The notes under the pieces: generated by a model | Database searches by the model: none | What the model saw: the letters and a program-made list of their open reading frames with translations, nothing else | What the model was told of the DNA's origin: nothing | From: an uncultured Flavobacteriaceae bacterium | GTDB lineage: Bacteria > Bacteroidota > Bacteroidia > Flavobacteriales > Flavobacteriaceae | Direction of reading: 5' to 3' | Length of the DNA stretch: 64,000 nucleotides | Assembly (NCBI GenBank): GCA_964489625.1 | Contig: CAZAZM010000011.1 | Coordinates: forward strand, 189 to 64,188 | Translations under genes and position numbers: made by a program | Part shown: positions 31,407-41,418 of the stretch, piece after piece | Layout: every line of letters begins with the position of its first letter | How positions within the stretch are numbered: position 1 is the stretch's first letter

Positions 31407-32798
31407 TCAAAGTCCCGCAATCTCCTTTATTTCAGTGATCACCCGCCTTGCCAGCTCGTCAGCTCCCTCCTGCGTGCCGCTCTCCGTGTAGATCCTTATG
31501 ATGGGTTCGGTGTTGGATTTTCTCAGGTGGACCCATTCGCTCTCAAAATCGATCTTAACCCCATCGATGGTGCTGATCTCCTCCCCTTTGTATCTGTCCG
31601 CCATTTGCACCAGTATTCGATCCACGTCAATGGCCGGGGTCAGCTCGATCTTGTTCTTGCTCATGAAATAGGCCGGATAGCTGTCCCGAAGGGCCTTGCA
31701 GCTGACTTTATTCCGGGCCAGGTGTGTCAGGAAGAGGGCGACACCCACTAGGGCGTCCCTGCCGTAGTGCGATTCGGGATAGATGATCCCTCCGTTGCCC
31801 TCGCCGCCGATGACGACCTTGTTCTTCTTCATCAGCTCGACCACGTTCACCTCTCCCACGGCACTGGCCTCATAGGAGCCTCCGTGCTTTCGGGTGACAT
31901 CCCTCAGGGCCCTCGAAGAGGACAGGTTCGACACCGTGTCTCCCGGCGTTCTGGACAGCACGTAATCGGCGCAGGCCACCAGGGTGTATTCCTCCCCGAA
32001 CATGCTGCCGTCCTCATTGACGATAGCCAGTCGGTCCACGTCGGGATCCACTACTATGCCCAGGTCTGCCCTTTCGCTCACCACCAGCTTCGAGATCTCG
32101 GTCAGATGCGCGGGCAGGGGTTCCGGATTGTGCGGAAAGTCCCCGTTTGGATCGCAATAGAGTTTGACGCACTCAACGCCCAGGGCATCGAGCAGCCTGG
32201 GGATCGCCAGGCCTCCGGTGGAATTCACTGCGTCGACCACCACCTTGAAGCCGGCTTCCCGGATCGCCGCCACATCGACCAGCTTCAGTTTCAGCACCTC
32301 GGCGATGTGCCTGTCTATACCGTCGCTCTTCTTGATGTAGGTGCCCAGGTCATCCACCTCTGCATAAAGATATTCATCGGCAGCCGCCAGCTCCAGTATC
32401 CTGTTTCCATCTTTTGCATTGAGGAACTCGCCCCGCTCGTTCAAAAGCTTCAATGCATTCCATTGCCTGGGGTTGTGCGAGGCCGTGACGATCACTCCGC
32501 CATCGGCTCCTTCCAGGGCAACCAGTACTTCGACCGTAGGGGTCGTCGATAGTCCAAAGTCGATCACATCGATCCCCAAACCAACCAGCGTATTCGCTAC
32601 CAGGCTGCTGATCATCTTGCCCGATATCCTGGCGTCCCTGCCGATCACCACACGGCACTTCTTGCCTTTTTGATTTCGCTCCAAAAGCCAGGCCCCATAG
32701 GCCGAGGCAAAACGGACCGCGTCCAGCGGCGTGAGGTTGTCATGTACGGCACCTCCTATGGTGCCGCGTATTCCCGAAATGGATTTGATCAAGGTCAT
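31407..32798 (-). CDS. glmM: Phosphoglucosamine mutase (alpha-D-phosphohexomutase)
   Basis: MTLIKSISGIRGTIG start (ATG 32798), TASHNP, DPDVDRL, GGEGNGG; TATATTTG box at 32820-32827. Confidence 0.9.
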   Translation of the reverse strand: MTLIKSISGIRGTIGGAVHDNLTPLDAVRFASAYGAWLLERNQKGKKCRVVIGRDARISGKMISSLVANTLVGLGIDVIDFGLSTTPTVEVLVALEGADGGVIVTASHNPRQWNALKLLNERGEFLNAKDGNRILELAAADEYLYAEVDDLGTYIKKSDGIDRHIAEVLKLKLVDVAAIREAGFKVVVDAVNSTGGLAIPRLLDALGVECVKLYCDPNGDFPHNPEPLPAHLTEISKLVVSERADLGIVVDPDVDRLAIVNEDGSMFGEEYTLVACADYVLSRTPGDTVSNLSSSRALRDVTRKHGGSYEASAVGEVNVVELMKKNKVVIGGEGNGGIIYPESHYGRDALVGVALFLTHLARNKVSCKALRDSYPAYFMSKNKIELTPAIDVDRILVQMADRYKGEEISTIDGVKIDFESEWVHLRKSNTEPIIRIYTESGTQEGADELARRVITEIKEIAGL

Positions 32799-32916
32799 CT
32801 GCTTGGCTTTTGGCTTGTACAAATATACCCTTTCGAAAAAAACAAGGCAATAAAAAAACCGTCCAAATTTTGAGGTTTCAAAAGATGAACGGTTCTTGTA
32901 TTCAATGGGAGATCGA

Positions 32917-35211
32917 CTATTTGCCGCTCTCCATCTTCTTCTTGAGGTCTGCCAGATCGCTGATGTCACCCAGGGTGGTCTTTTCAGCGGCCTCAGCCTG
33001 CTTGTTCACGGCTTTGATGTTTCTCTTTTCCTGAGCTCTGAACACGGCCGAGTGTGAAACCACCAGCCTCCTGTATTCCTTGTTGAACTCCAGGACCTTG
33101 AATTCTGCCGTCTCTCCCTTGGCGAGTTTTGACCTGTCCTCTTTTTCCATGTGTCTTCCGGGAACAAAGGCCTCAACCCCGTCGGCAAAGCTGACGATGG
33201 CTCCTTTGTCGGTGACCTCCTTGATGGTTCCGGTGTGAACCGAATCGATCGTGTAGGTCTCCTCGTGCTTGTCCCAGGGGTTCTCGGTGGTCTGCTTGTG
33301 ACCCAGGTTGAGCTTGCGGCCTTCCACGTCGAGTTCGAGAACTTCAACTTCCAGCTTGTCGCCCACCTTCACGAAATCAGAAGGATGCTTGATCTTCTTC
33401 GTCCATGAGAGGTCAGAGATGTAAACCAGTCCGTCGATTCCTTCCTCCAGTTCGACGAAGACGCCGAAGTTGGTGTAGTTTCGAACGGTTCCCGTGTGCT
33501 TGGAGCCCACCGGGTATTTGCTTGTGATGTCGGTCCATGGGTCCGGCTGCAGTTGCTTGATGCCCAGAGACATCTTGCGCTCATCGCGGTCCAGGGTAAG
33601 GATCACAGCCTCTACCTCGTCTCCGACTTTCACGAAGTCCTGGGCAGATCTCAGGTGCGTCGACCAGGACATCTCAGAAACGTGGATCAGGCCTTCAACG
33701 CCTTCGCTCACTTCAATGAATGCTCCATAGTCGGCAATGATCGCAACCCTTCCTTTCACCTTGTCCCCTACTTTGAGTTCAGGATCCAGTGCTTCCCAGG
33801 GGTGCTTGCTCAATTGCTTCAGACCAAGCTGAATTCTTGTCTTCTCATCGTCGAAGTCGAGAATCACCACGTTCAGCTTCTGGTCGAGCTCAACGATCTC
33901 GCTCGGGTGGTTGATCCTGCTCCATGAGAGGTCAGTGATATGAACAAGTCCGTCCACGCCACCCAGGTCAACAAACACTCCGTAGGAAGTGATGTTCTTG
34001 ACAACTCCTTCGAGCACCTGGCCTTTCTCAAGCTGGCTGATGATCTCTTTCTTCTGCTCGGCAAGGTCTGCTTCGATGAGCGCCTTGTGCGATACGACGA
34101 TGTTCTTGAATTCCTGGTTGATCTTCACCACCTTGAACTCCATGTTCTTGTCTACGTACTGATCGTAATCCCTGATGGGTTTTACGTCGATCTGGGATCC
34201 TGGCAGGAAGGCCTCAATGCCGAACACATCCACGATCATACCTCCCTTGGTCCTGCACTTGACATAACCCGTTACGATCTCCTGGTTGTCGTGCGCCTTG
34301 TTCACGCGCTCCCAGGCCTTGATCACACGCGCCTTTCTGTGCGAAAGCACCAGCTGTCCCGTGCTGTCTTCAAGCTTGTCAACCTTTACCTCAACGGTAT
34401 CACCTACTTTGAGGTTCGGGTTGTACCTGAATTCGTTCAGGGAGATGACTCCCTCCGATTTGGAATTGATGTCGATGATGGCCTCGCGATCGGTGATCCT
34501 GACCACGGTCCCTTCAATGACCTGACGCTCCTCTACAAAGCCGATGGTGTTCTCCAGCGCCTCGTCGAATTCTTTCAGCTTATCCTCCTCTACGGCCTCA
34601 ATGCCCTCTTCGTACTTGTCCCAGTCGAAATCCTTCAAAAAGGTCTCAGGGTCTACTTTTTTCTCTTCTTTTTCAACGGCAGGCGCCTCAGGGGCCTTCG
34701 TTTCAGCCGCCGGTGCTTCAGCAACCGGCTTCTCAACCACTTTTTCTTCTACCACTTTCTCTTTTTTGGGTTTGCTTTCTTCCTTTTTGGCTTCGGCCTT
34801 CTCTTCTTTGGCCTCGGCCTTCACTTGCTTTTCTTCGGTCTCATTTTCCTCTTCCGCCTCAGCTTCATCAGCCACATCGTATACCGACTCCGCACCCAGC
34901 TCCTTCACCAGGAGATAATAGAACAGGGCCCTGTACTTCCTTCTGTTTCCGGAACCCAGGATGTCAACGACCTTCTGAATGGCCTCATCCAGCTTTTCGC
35001 TGTCCTCTTGTCCGAGTTTCTTGATCAGGAAGTTCTTTTTGATGGTCTCCAACTCTGCTTTGTTGGAGGAGGACACCAGTTCGGCGTCGTCTTTGTAGAT
35101 GGATGGCCCAAGTCCTTTGGCCACGAGTTTGAAAAGATCCGCGTCGATCGATATACCGAGCTTTTCAGCCTCTTCAGTATACTGATCTATTTTTTCTTGT
35201 AATTTAGACAT
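32917..35211 (-). CDS. rpsA: 30S ribosomal protein S1 with an N-terminal DUF2853-like domain
   Basis: Six S1 repeats (e.g. GVFVDLGGVDGLVHITDLSW) preceded by an E/K/A linker and a 112-aa domain KGLGPSIY...KNFLIKKLG...RRKYRALFYYLL; no internal stop. Confidence 0.95.
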   Translation of the reverse strand: MSKLQEKIDQYTEEAEKLGISIDADLFKLVAKGLGPSIYKDDAELVSSSNKAELETIKKNFLIKKLGQEDSEKLDEAIQKVVDILGSGNRRKYRALFYYLLVKELGAESVYDVADEAEAEEENETEEKQVKAEAKEEKAEAKKEESKPKKEKVVEEKVVEKPVAEAPAAETKAPEAPAVEKEEKKVDPETFLKDFDWDKYEEGIEAVEEDKLKEFDEALENTIGFVEERQVIEGTVVRITDREAIIDINSKSEGVISLNEFRYNPNLKVGDTVEVKVDKLEDSTGQLVLSHRKARVIKAWERVNKAHDNQEIVTGYVKCRTKGGMIVDVFGIEAFLPGSQIDVKPIRDYDQYVDKNMEFKVVKINQEFKNIVVSHKALIEADLAEQKKEIISQLEKGQVLEGVVKNITSYGVFVDLGGVDGLVHITDLSWSRINHPSEIVELDQKLNVVILDFDDEKTRIQLGLKQLSKHPWEALDPELKVGDKVKGRVAIIADYGAFIEVSEGVEGLIHVSEMSWSTHLRSAQDFVKVGDEVEAVILTLDRDERKMSLGIKQLQPDPWTDITSKYPVGSKHTGTVRNYTNFGVFVELEEGIDGLVYISDLSWTKKIKHPSDFVKVGDKLEVEVLELDVEGRKLNLGHKQTTENPWDKHEETYTIDSVHTGTIKEVTDKGAIVSFADGVEAFVPGRHMEKEDRSKLAKGETAEFKVLEFNKEYRRLVVSHSAVFRAQEKRNIKAVNKQAEAAEKTTLGDISDLADLKKKMESGK

Positions 35212-35229
35212 GTGTCTTCTTACTTTGTA

Positions 35230-35272
35230 TCCTGTTGTTTTGCAGATTATTAAACGATCAAAAGCAACAAGA
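35230..35272 (-). promoter_or_regulatory. Structured rpsA 5' leader hairpin
   Basis: TCTTGTTG-C-TTTTG...CAAAA-CAACAGGA inside a ~115-nt leader after TATATTTG (35330-35337). Confidence 0.45.
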
Positions 35273-35414
35273 GGGTTTAAACTTTGATTTCCCTGCCTTT
35301 TTCAAATCTGATTTCGTTCAAAAGGCGTGCAAATATACGAACTAATTCTTCATTCGGCAAAAGAAAATTTGCAGAAAAACAAAAAGTGTGGCGCGATGAG
35401 GATCAATCCGGGGA

Positions 35415-36368
35415 TCAGAGCAGGGTCCTTATGATGTCGGTTTCTGAGATTCCCTCGGCCTCGGCCTTGTAATTCCTCACGATCCTGTGATGGAGGATTC
35501 CATAGGCCACCGACTTCACATCTTCGATGTCAGGCGAGAACTTTCCGCGGATCGCAGCGTAGGCCTTGGCCGCGAGGACGAGGTTCTGCGAGGCCCTGGG
35601 ACCGGCGCCCCAGTCGAGGTAGTTGTTGACCAGATCCGGCGAATCCTTTCTTCCCGGCCGGGTCTTGGAAGCCAGGCGCACGGCATACTCGACCACGTTG
35701 TCCGCGATGGGTATGCGCCTGATCAAATGCTGGTATCCCAAGATGTCTTCCGCGCTGAACACGGGGTTCACTTTCTCCTCCTCGTCATTGGTCGTGTTCT
35801 TGGCCACGAAGACCTCCTCTTCAAAGCTGGGATAGTCAAGGTAGATGGAGAACATGAATCGATCGAGCTGGGCCTCGGGCAATGGATAGGTTCCTTCCTG
35901 CTCGATCGGGTTCTGGGTAGCCAAAACGAAAAAGGGCAGGTCCAGGTCGAAATGATGACCCGCGACCGTCACCGACTTTTCCTGCATGGCCTCCAGGAGG
36001 GCCGCCTGTGTCTTGGGTGGCGTTCGGTTGATCTCGTCCGCCAGGATGATGTTTGCGAAGATGGGGCCTTTGATGAACTTGAAACGCCTGTTCTCATCCA
36101 GGATCTCGCTTCCGAGTATGTCAGAAGGCATGAGATCGGGTGTGAACTGGATGCGTTTGAAATCCAGGCCCAGGGCCCTGGCCACGGTGTTGACCAGCAA
36201 GGTCTTGGCAAGACCGGGAACCCCTATCAGAAGGGAGTGTCCCCCGCAAAGCACGGAAAGCAGCACATGGTCCACGGCGTTCTGCTGGCCCACGATCACC
36301 TTTCCGATCTCCTCCTTGAGGCGCTTGTAGTTCTCGACAAGCTGCTTTATCAACTCTACGTCAGACAT
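35415..36368 (-). CDS. MoxR-family AAA+ ATPase
   Basis: [48 protein letters not shown]. Confidence 0.95.
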   Translation of the reverse strand: MSDVELIKQLVENYKRLKEEIGKVIVGQQNAVDHVLLSVLCGGHSLLIGVPGLAKTLLVNTVARALGLDFKRIQFTPDLMPSDILGSEILDENRRFKFIKGPIFANIILADEINRTPPKTQAALLEAMQEKSVTVAGHHFDLDLPFFVLATQNPIEQEGTYPLPEAQLDRFMFSIYLDYPSFEEEVFVAKNTTNDEEEKVNPVFSAEDILGYQHLIRRIPIADNVVEYAVRLASKTRPGRKDSPDLVNNYLDWGAGPRASQNLVLAAKAYAAIRGKFSPDIEDVKSVAYGILHHRIVRNYKAEAEGISETDIIRTLL

Positions 36369-36371
36369 GGG

Positions 36372-37733
36372 TTAATCGTTTTTTCTGCTCCAGTCGCTTT
36401 TGAAGTCACAGCTGAGATAGGCGTCGTTGATCTTGACATAGGTATCCTTGATCTTCTCGTTTGACCACTTCTCAATGGACTCGGTCTTTTTCTTCTGCAG
36501 GGCCAGGTCCATGATCTTCTCATAGTCTTTGCCCAGGTCAGCCACGTGAGATTCGGTCTTGCTCTTGAGCAGCAGGATCTTGAACATCTTCGTGCCCTGT
36601 CTGGTCTCATCCAGGAAAACGGGGCTGAGCTCCCCTTCCTTCAGGCTGCTCACCTTGGAATAGAGCTCCGGGTCCATCCGGGTCAGCTCGAAATGGGTGT
36701 CGCCGCTCACCGGGTTCATCAGGACCCCTTTGTTCAAGCGAGTATCCTTGTCCTGGGAATATTTGAGTACCGCTTCCTCGAAGCTGATCTCCATCTTCAG
36801 GATCTCCTCCCTGTATTTGGTAAGCGAGTCCCTGACCTTCTCCACGGCCTCTTCATCCGCCCTGGGCTGCATCAATATATGGTATACGTCGCGCTGCTTG
36901 CCCCTGATCGCCTCGACCATCAGGATGTGGTAGCCGAACTCGGACTTGAAAGGCTCCGAGATCTGCCCTTCCTCCAGGCTGAATGCCGCCTCCTTGAACT
37001 CCTTTACAAAGGGGCTGTTCCTTTCGATGGAATAGAACCCGTTGTTCTGGGTCACGCCCGGATCATCCGAATAGAGGATGGCCTTCATCTTGAAGCTGGC
37101 TCCCTCCTCGACTTCCTTCTTGATCTCCTTCAGGCGCTCGAGGGTCTTCTCTATTTCCGCCTCGGTGGGCTCAATGTTCAGAACGATCTGGGACAATTCG
37201 ATCTCTGCCCCGATCTCCGGCAGGTTGCCTTCTTCCTTGAGACTGTTGAAATACCTCTTGACCTCTTCGGGAGTGATGTCGATGTCGGAGGTCAGCTCCT
37301 GTTGCATCTTCTGGATCAGCAAGCCTTCCTTCTCAACCCTGTAGAGCTCATCCCGGAGGTCCTTCATGTTGTCAAAGCCGTAAAGCTCCAGCATCTTCTC
37401 CGGAGACCCGAGCTGTTGGGTAAAATAATCCGTCTTGCGCTGCACCTGCTGCTGGATCTCCCCTTCATTGACCACGATGCTGTCAATCACCGCGTGATGG
37501 GCAAGCAACTTTCTGTTCATGATCTGCTCGAGCATCTCGCAGTCGCTGATCTCGATCTGTCCTCCACTCTGCTGTATCAATTCCTGCTTGAAGGCGTCGA
37601 TCTCCGAATTCAGTACGATATTGTCCCCCACCACGGTGGCGACTCCGTCTACCTTGATCTTTTCCTGTGCATAGATACTCATTCCGCTAAGCAGGAATGC
37701 AAAGGCTAATCTCCTCATGCTAATAGGCTTCAA
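36372..37733 (-). CDS. surA: SurA-like periplasmic peptidyl-prolyl isomerase
   Basis: Signal peptide, SurA N-domain (VVGDNIVLNSE), two parvulin domains (YSDDPG, SEFGYHIL); start TTG 37733 or ATG 37718. Confidence 0.8.
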   Translation of the reverse strand: MKPISMRRLAFAFLLSGMSIYAQEKIKVDGVATVVGDNIVLNSEIDAFKQELIQQSGGQIEISDCEMLEQIMNRKLLAHHAVIDSIVVNEGEIQQQVQRKTDYFTQQLGSPEKMLELYGFDNMKDLRDELYRVEKEGLLIQKMQQELTSDIDITPEEVKRYFNSLKEEGNLPEIGAEIELSQIVLNIEPTEAEIEKTLERLKEIKKEVEEGASFKMKAILYSDDPGVTQNNGFYSIERNSPFVKEFKEAAFSLEEGQISEPFKSEFGYHILMVEAIRGKQRDVYHILMQPRADEEAVEKVRDSLTKYREEILKMEISFEEAVLKYSQDKDTRLNKGVLMNPVSGDTHFELTRMDPELYSKVSSLKEGELSPVFLDETRQGTKMFKILLLKSKTESHVADLGKDYEKIMDLALQKKKTESIEKWSNEKIKDTYVKINDAYLSCDFKSDWSRKND

Positions 37734-38553
37734 ATTGTTTGTTGTTTATGGCATCGATCACCAGGTTCTTTTCAATGTCGTTCATGAGTTCCAGTCTCCT
37801 GTTGTGAAGGATCATCTGCCTGATGGTTGGGATGACGTAGCTTTTGGGAGCGACATCGTTTCGACGCAAAACATCCTTAATCGCCACCAAATATACTCCT
37901 AAACTGTCTTCTTTACGAAAAAACTGGTCCTTTTTTAGATTTTCTTCCTCCTTGAGCCAGGGAAGGCGGGACTCCGCCTGGGCCATGCTGACCCACATGC
38001 TGTCATTGAGGGACAGGGCAAAGAACTCCAGCCGGCGCTCTGCCAGGCTCTCGTTGTCCTCCTCCTTGCCGGATCTGAACATTTTTTCCACCTCCTTGCG
38101 GTCATTGAGATCCGCGGAGAAGTGGATCAGCTTGAGCTGGAGCAGGTCCTCATTGAGGCGATAGACATTCTTGTTGTCCTCGTAATAGCGGTCCAGGTCA
38201 GCCTCCGTGACCACGGTGTCCAGATCCTGCTGCAGCAGGGCCCTTTTGTAGCGATCGATCAAAAGCTCCCTTCGGTAGTCCTCCACAAGGGTCTGGATCT
38301 CTTCATCCTGGCTAGCCACGTTGATCAGGGCTTTCTCATAGAGCAACTCCCGGGTCGCCCAGGAATTGATGTAGTTGTTCCTGAACAATATGCTGTCTTC
38401 GGCCGTCTGGTTGGCCGGCATGACCTTTGCCAGGTCCTCTTCGTAAAGGTATCTGTCCCTTACCCGTGCCACGGCGCCTTCCGCCTGCTCGTTCTTCGAG
38501 CAGGAAACCAGGCCCAGCATGCCCAGTGCGATTATACAGAGCATCTTTTTCAT
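37720..38553 (-). CDS. Lipoprotein of the PPIase/SurA cluster
   Basis: MKKMLCIIALGMLGLVSC lipobox; VARVRDRYLY; ATGA overlap with the upstream gene (the track start is over-extended). Confidence 0.8.
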   Translation of the reverse strand: MKKMLCIIALGMLGLVSCSKNEQAEGAVARVRDRYLYEEDLAKVMPANQTAEDSILFRNNYINSWATRELLYEKALINVASQDEEIQTLVEDYRRELLIDRYKRALLQQDLDTVVTEADLDRYYEDNKNVYRLNEDLLQLKLIHFSADLNDRKEVEKMFRSGKEEDNESLAERRLEFFALSLNDSMWVSMAQAESRLPWLKEEENLKKDQFFRKEDSLGVYLVAIKDVLRRNDVAPKSYVIPTIRQMILHNRRLELMNDIEKNLVIDAINNKQFEAY

Positions 38554-40439
38554 TCTTCCAGCTTTGCCTTTAGATTCCTGTAATTCCTCTTGTTGACCTT
38601 GACCGAATAGGTATCCCTCAGTTGCGCCACCCATTGCTTTTCAAGGTGGTTCTGGTAGTCATTCAGCACTTCCCCCCTGGCCTCCTTCAATTCCTTGCGC
38701 GTCTCAGGATAGATCCGTTCCACCTTCAGAATCGTGAACTGATTCTCTCCCTCAGCGTAAATGTCGGACACCCCTTCAGTGAATTCGAAGCCCGAGGGAA
38801 GCTTGCTGCTTCCCTGCTCAAGCCTGGCCTCACTGAACAGGACGTGAATGGTCGGGCCCTCGTTCAGGTGCTCCTTTATGAACTCCTGTCCTTTTCCATC
38901 CAGGAGCATGCGCCTGACCTGCTCGGCCTTCTCCTTTTGAGTGCAGCTTCCGATGAGCACGTCTGCGCGCGTCTTCCACATATAGTCATCCCGGTGCTCC
39001 CGGAAGAAGTTCTCCAGTTCCAGGGAGTCCTTTTCCGATCGGTCCCATATCTTTTTCTGCAAAAGCTCAAACAGCAGAAGCCCGTCCCTGTACTCTGTAA
39101 AGGTCGCGGCGAACTCGGGATTGGTCTCCTCCAGGTGATCCTTGTAATAGTCAATAATCTTTTCGCTTTTGAAATCGTCGTAGAGCTGGCCCTTGGTCCT
39201 GTCTTTCTTGCCTCTCGAGTACTGATAGAATGAATCCGCGGAATAAACCCTGTCCTCGACGCGAAGGATCGTGTCGGGCAGGCCCGCGAAATCTTCTGCA
39301 CTCTTCCTTGAATTGAGCAGCGACATGTTGACGATCAGCTTATAATCGGCTCCGACCTTCTCCGCCAGGGAGCGTTCCACATATCCCGCACGGCTGCCGT
39401 TCTTCACCCTGACCTCCAGTCGAGGCTTCAGCTCCTCGTAGGAAGGGACCGGGTATTTCTTGTCAAGCCTGAGCAAATGCCAGCCATATTGGGTGCTGAA
39501 CGGCCGGCTGATATCTCCCTCGTTCTGAAGGGAAAAGGCCTGTTCCTCGAATTCCCCGATCATCCTGCCCGTACCGAACTTCGGAAGCCTGCCCCCCTTC
39601 TTTGAAGAACCCAGATCATCCGAATGCTCCTGCGCGATCTTGGCGAAATCGTCACCCTGTTGCAGGGAATGGTAAATTTCTTCTATCTTTTCTTCGGCCC
39701 GTCCGGGATGGACCGAATCCTTTTTGACCATGATGTGAGAGACCTCCACTTCACCCGGCGATTTCCTTTTATCGTTGACCTTCACCAGGTGGTAGCCGAA
39801 TTGTGTCCTGAAGGGTTCGGAAACCTCGCCCACAGGGGTCTCGTAGGCTGCATTCTCAAAAGCGTAGACCATCGCAAAAGCGCTGAAATAGCCCAGGTTT
39901 CCTCCATTCTGTGCTGCCGAGGGGTCTTCCGAATACTGCCTTGCAACCTCCGTGAAATCCTCACCTTCCATTATCTTTCCCCTTGCTTCCAAAATCCTGT
40001 CATGGGCTTTTAGCGTATCCTCAGGAGAGGCATTGGGCTCCAAACGGACAAGGATATGGCTGGCATTGACCTCGTAAAGGGTCCTGTCGTAGGCTTGCCG
40101 GGTCAGCACGTCCAGGGCTTCCGGATTCTGCAGGTAGGGCTGGATCAATTGCTCCCTGTATTTGGCCAGGTCCTGCCTGTAGCTTGAGGAGGTGTCGAGT
40201 TGCTGGTCCCTGGCCTGCCTGAGCTTGAGCTTGAAATCCAGGAACAAGTCGAAATAATCATCGAATCCCTTGCCTTCCTCTTCAACGACGATCTCCCGGT
40301 TCTTCTCATAGACCCGCATGAACTCAGAGGTATAAACCTCCTCTCCGTCTATGGTGAAGAGAAGCTCCCTGTCCTGCTGGGCAAGGGCTTTTGCCGTCGA
40401 TAAGATCAGGATCAGCAAACAAAGAACTCCGGTTCTCAT
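38550..40439 (-). CDS. Multi-parvulin peptidyl-prolyl isomerase
   Basis: ASHILVR, YSEDPSA..NGGNLGYF, TQFGYHLVK, HSDD..SSKKGG; start set at MRTGVLCLL; TATTTTTG box at 40469-40476. Confidence 0.85.
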   Translation of the reverse strand: MRTGVLCLLILILSTAKALAQQDRELLFTIDGEEVYTSEFMRVYEKNREIVVEEEGKGFDDYFDLFLDFKLKLRQARDQQLDTSSSYRQDLAKYREQLIQPYLQNPEALDVLTRQAYDRTLYEVNASHILVRLEPNASPEDTLKAHDRILEARGKIMEGEDFTEVARQYSEDPSAAQNGGNLGYFSAFAMVYAFENAAYETPVGEVSEPFRTQFGYHLVKVNDKRKSPGEVEVSHIMVKKDSVHPGRAEEKIEEIYHSLQQGDDFAKIAQEHSDDLGSSKKGGRLPKFGTGRMIGEFEEQAFSLQNEGDISRPFSTQYGWHLLRLDKKYPVPSYEELKPRLEVRVKNGSRAGYVERSLAEKVGADYKLIVNMSLLNSRKSAEDFAGLPDTILRVEDRVYSADSFYQYSRGKKDRTKGQLYDDFKSEKIIDYYKDHLEETNPEFAATFTEYRDGLLLFELLQKKIWDRSEKDSLELENFFREHRDDYMWKTRADVLIGSCTQKEKAEQVRRMLLDGKGQEFIKEHLNEGPTIHVLFSEARLEQGSSKLPSGFEFTEGVSDIYAEGENQFTILKVERIYPETRKELKEARGEVLNDYQNHLEKQWVAQLRDTYSVKVNKRNYRNLKAKLEE

Positions 40440-40508
40440 AACAAGGTCATTCCTCTTTTTCAAACGGTCAAAAATATTCCTATTTTTTTGATCATCCTGT
40501 TAATGTAA

Positions 40509-40790
40509 TCATAAAGAAATAACGCCGTCCACCTTCGCAACCTCCTTGTATTTTTCGATGATCTCCTCCGGGTCGTTCATCCTGACCAGGATGGTCAGGC
40601 TGGTGTATTTTCCGTTTTTGGACGGTTTGGAGTCGATCACCGCGCCGAGGTTGTCAAAGATGGCCTCTATGGTCTTGAATTTTTCATCATCGGTTGGGAT
40701 GATGAACTTGAACATGTATTTGGTAGGAAAACTGGTGGTTTCCAGGAGGCTTTGCTTCAGCTTTTCATAGAACTCTGACTCCTTGCTCAT
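40509..40790 (-). CDS. DUF493-family protein
   Basis: FPTKYMFKFIIP, SKNGKYTSLTI; start at MSKESEF. Confidence 0.85.
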   Translation of the reverse strand: MSKESEFYEKLKQSLLETTSFPTKYMFKFIIPTDDEKFKTIEAIFDNLGAVIDSKPSKNGKYTSLTILVRMNDPEEIIEKYKEVAKVDGVISL

Positions 40791-40881
40791 TGCACGCGAT
40801 TTACATTCAGAAGAGTACAAAGGTACAATTATTATTTTCTTATTTTTGGGTAAAGAATCATTAATCCTTTTCCCAAATCAA

Positions 40882-41418
40882 ATGCATCAGAAAGTAGTAA
40901 TCACGGGAGGTCCGGGAACAGGAAAGTCTACGGTGATCTCCTCCCTGGAGCAGCTTCAGTTCGCCTGCATGCCCGAAGTTTCCAGGAGCGTCACCCGCGA
41001 AGCCCAAAGAAGGGGGGTCGACCAGCTTTTTCTACATGAGCCCCTCCTCTTCAGTCAACTTTTGCTCGAAAGCAGGATCAATCAGTATGAGCAGGCGGAG
41101 GAATTGAACGACGAACTCGTGTTCTTCGACCGGGGGATCCCGGATGTGATGGGCTATCTCGATTACCTGGGCATGGATTACCCCGAGCTGTACCGGGCCA
41201 AAAGCTTGGAATTGAGATATTCCAGGGTATTCATGATGCCACCCTGGGAAAAGATTTACCAAACGGACAACGAACGATACGAGAGCTTCGAGCAGTCGCT
41301 GCGCATTTATGAGGAATTGAAAAAGGCCTACACCAGCCTCGGCTATGAATTCGACATCATCCCTGAGGCCTCGGTGGACAACAGAGTGGAATTTATCCTG
41401 AACCGACTTGGAATCTAA
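40882..41418 (+). CDS. AAA_28/NadR-like P-loop ATPase
   Basis: VITGGPGTGKST, FFDRGIPD, YQTDNERYE; real start ATG 40882. Confidence 0.85.
   Translation: MHQKVVITGGPGTGKSTVISSLEQLQFACMPEVSRSVTREAQRRGVDQLFLHEPLLFSQLLLESRINQYEQAEELNDELVFFDRGIPDVMGYLDYLGMDYPELYRAKSLELRYSRVFMMPPWEKIYQTDNERYESFEQSLRIYEELKKAYTSLGYEFDIIPEASVDNRVEFILNRLGI

Noticed and set aside
33940-35202. 420-aa plus-strand ORF antisense to rpsA, with an F/L-rich stretch
   Set aside because: The F/L run is the reverse complement of the E/K-rich S1 linker, not a membrane protein
36546-37709. 387-aa antisense ORF over the SurA-like gene (and many similar 100-330 aa track ORFs)
   Set aside because: Shadow ORFs fully overlapping well-supported genes
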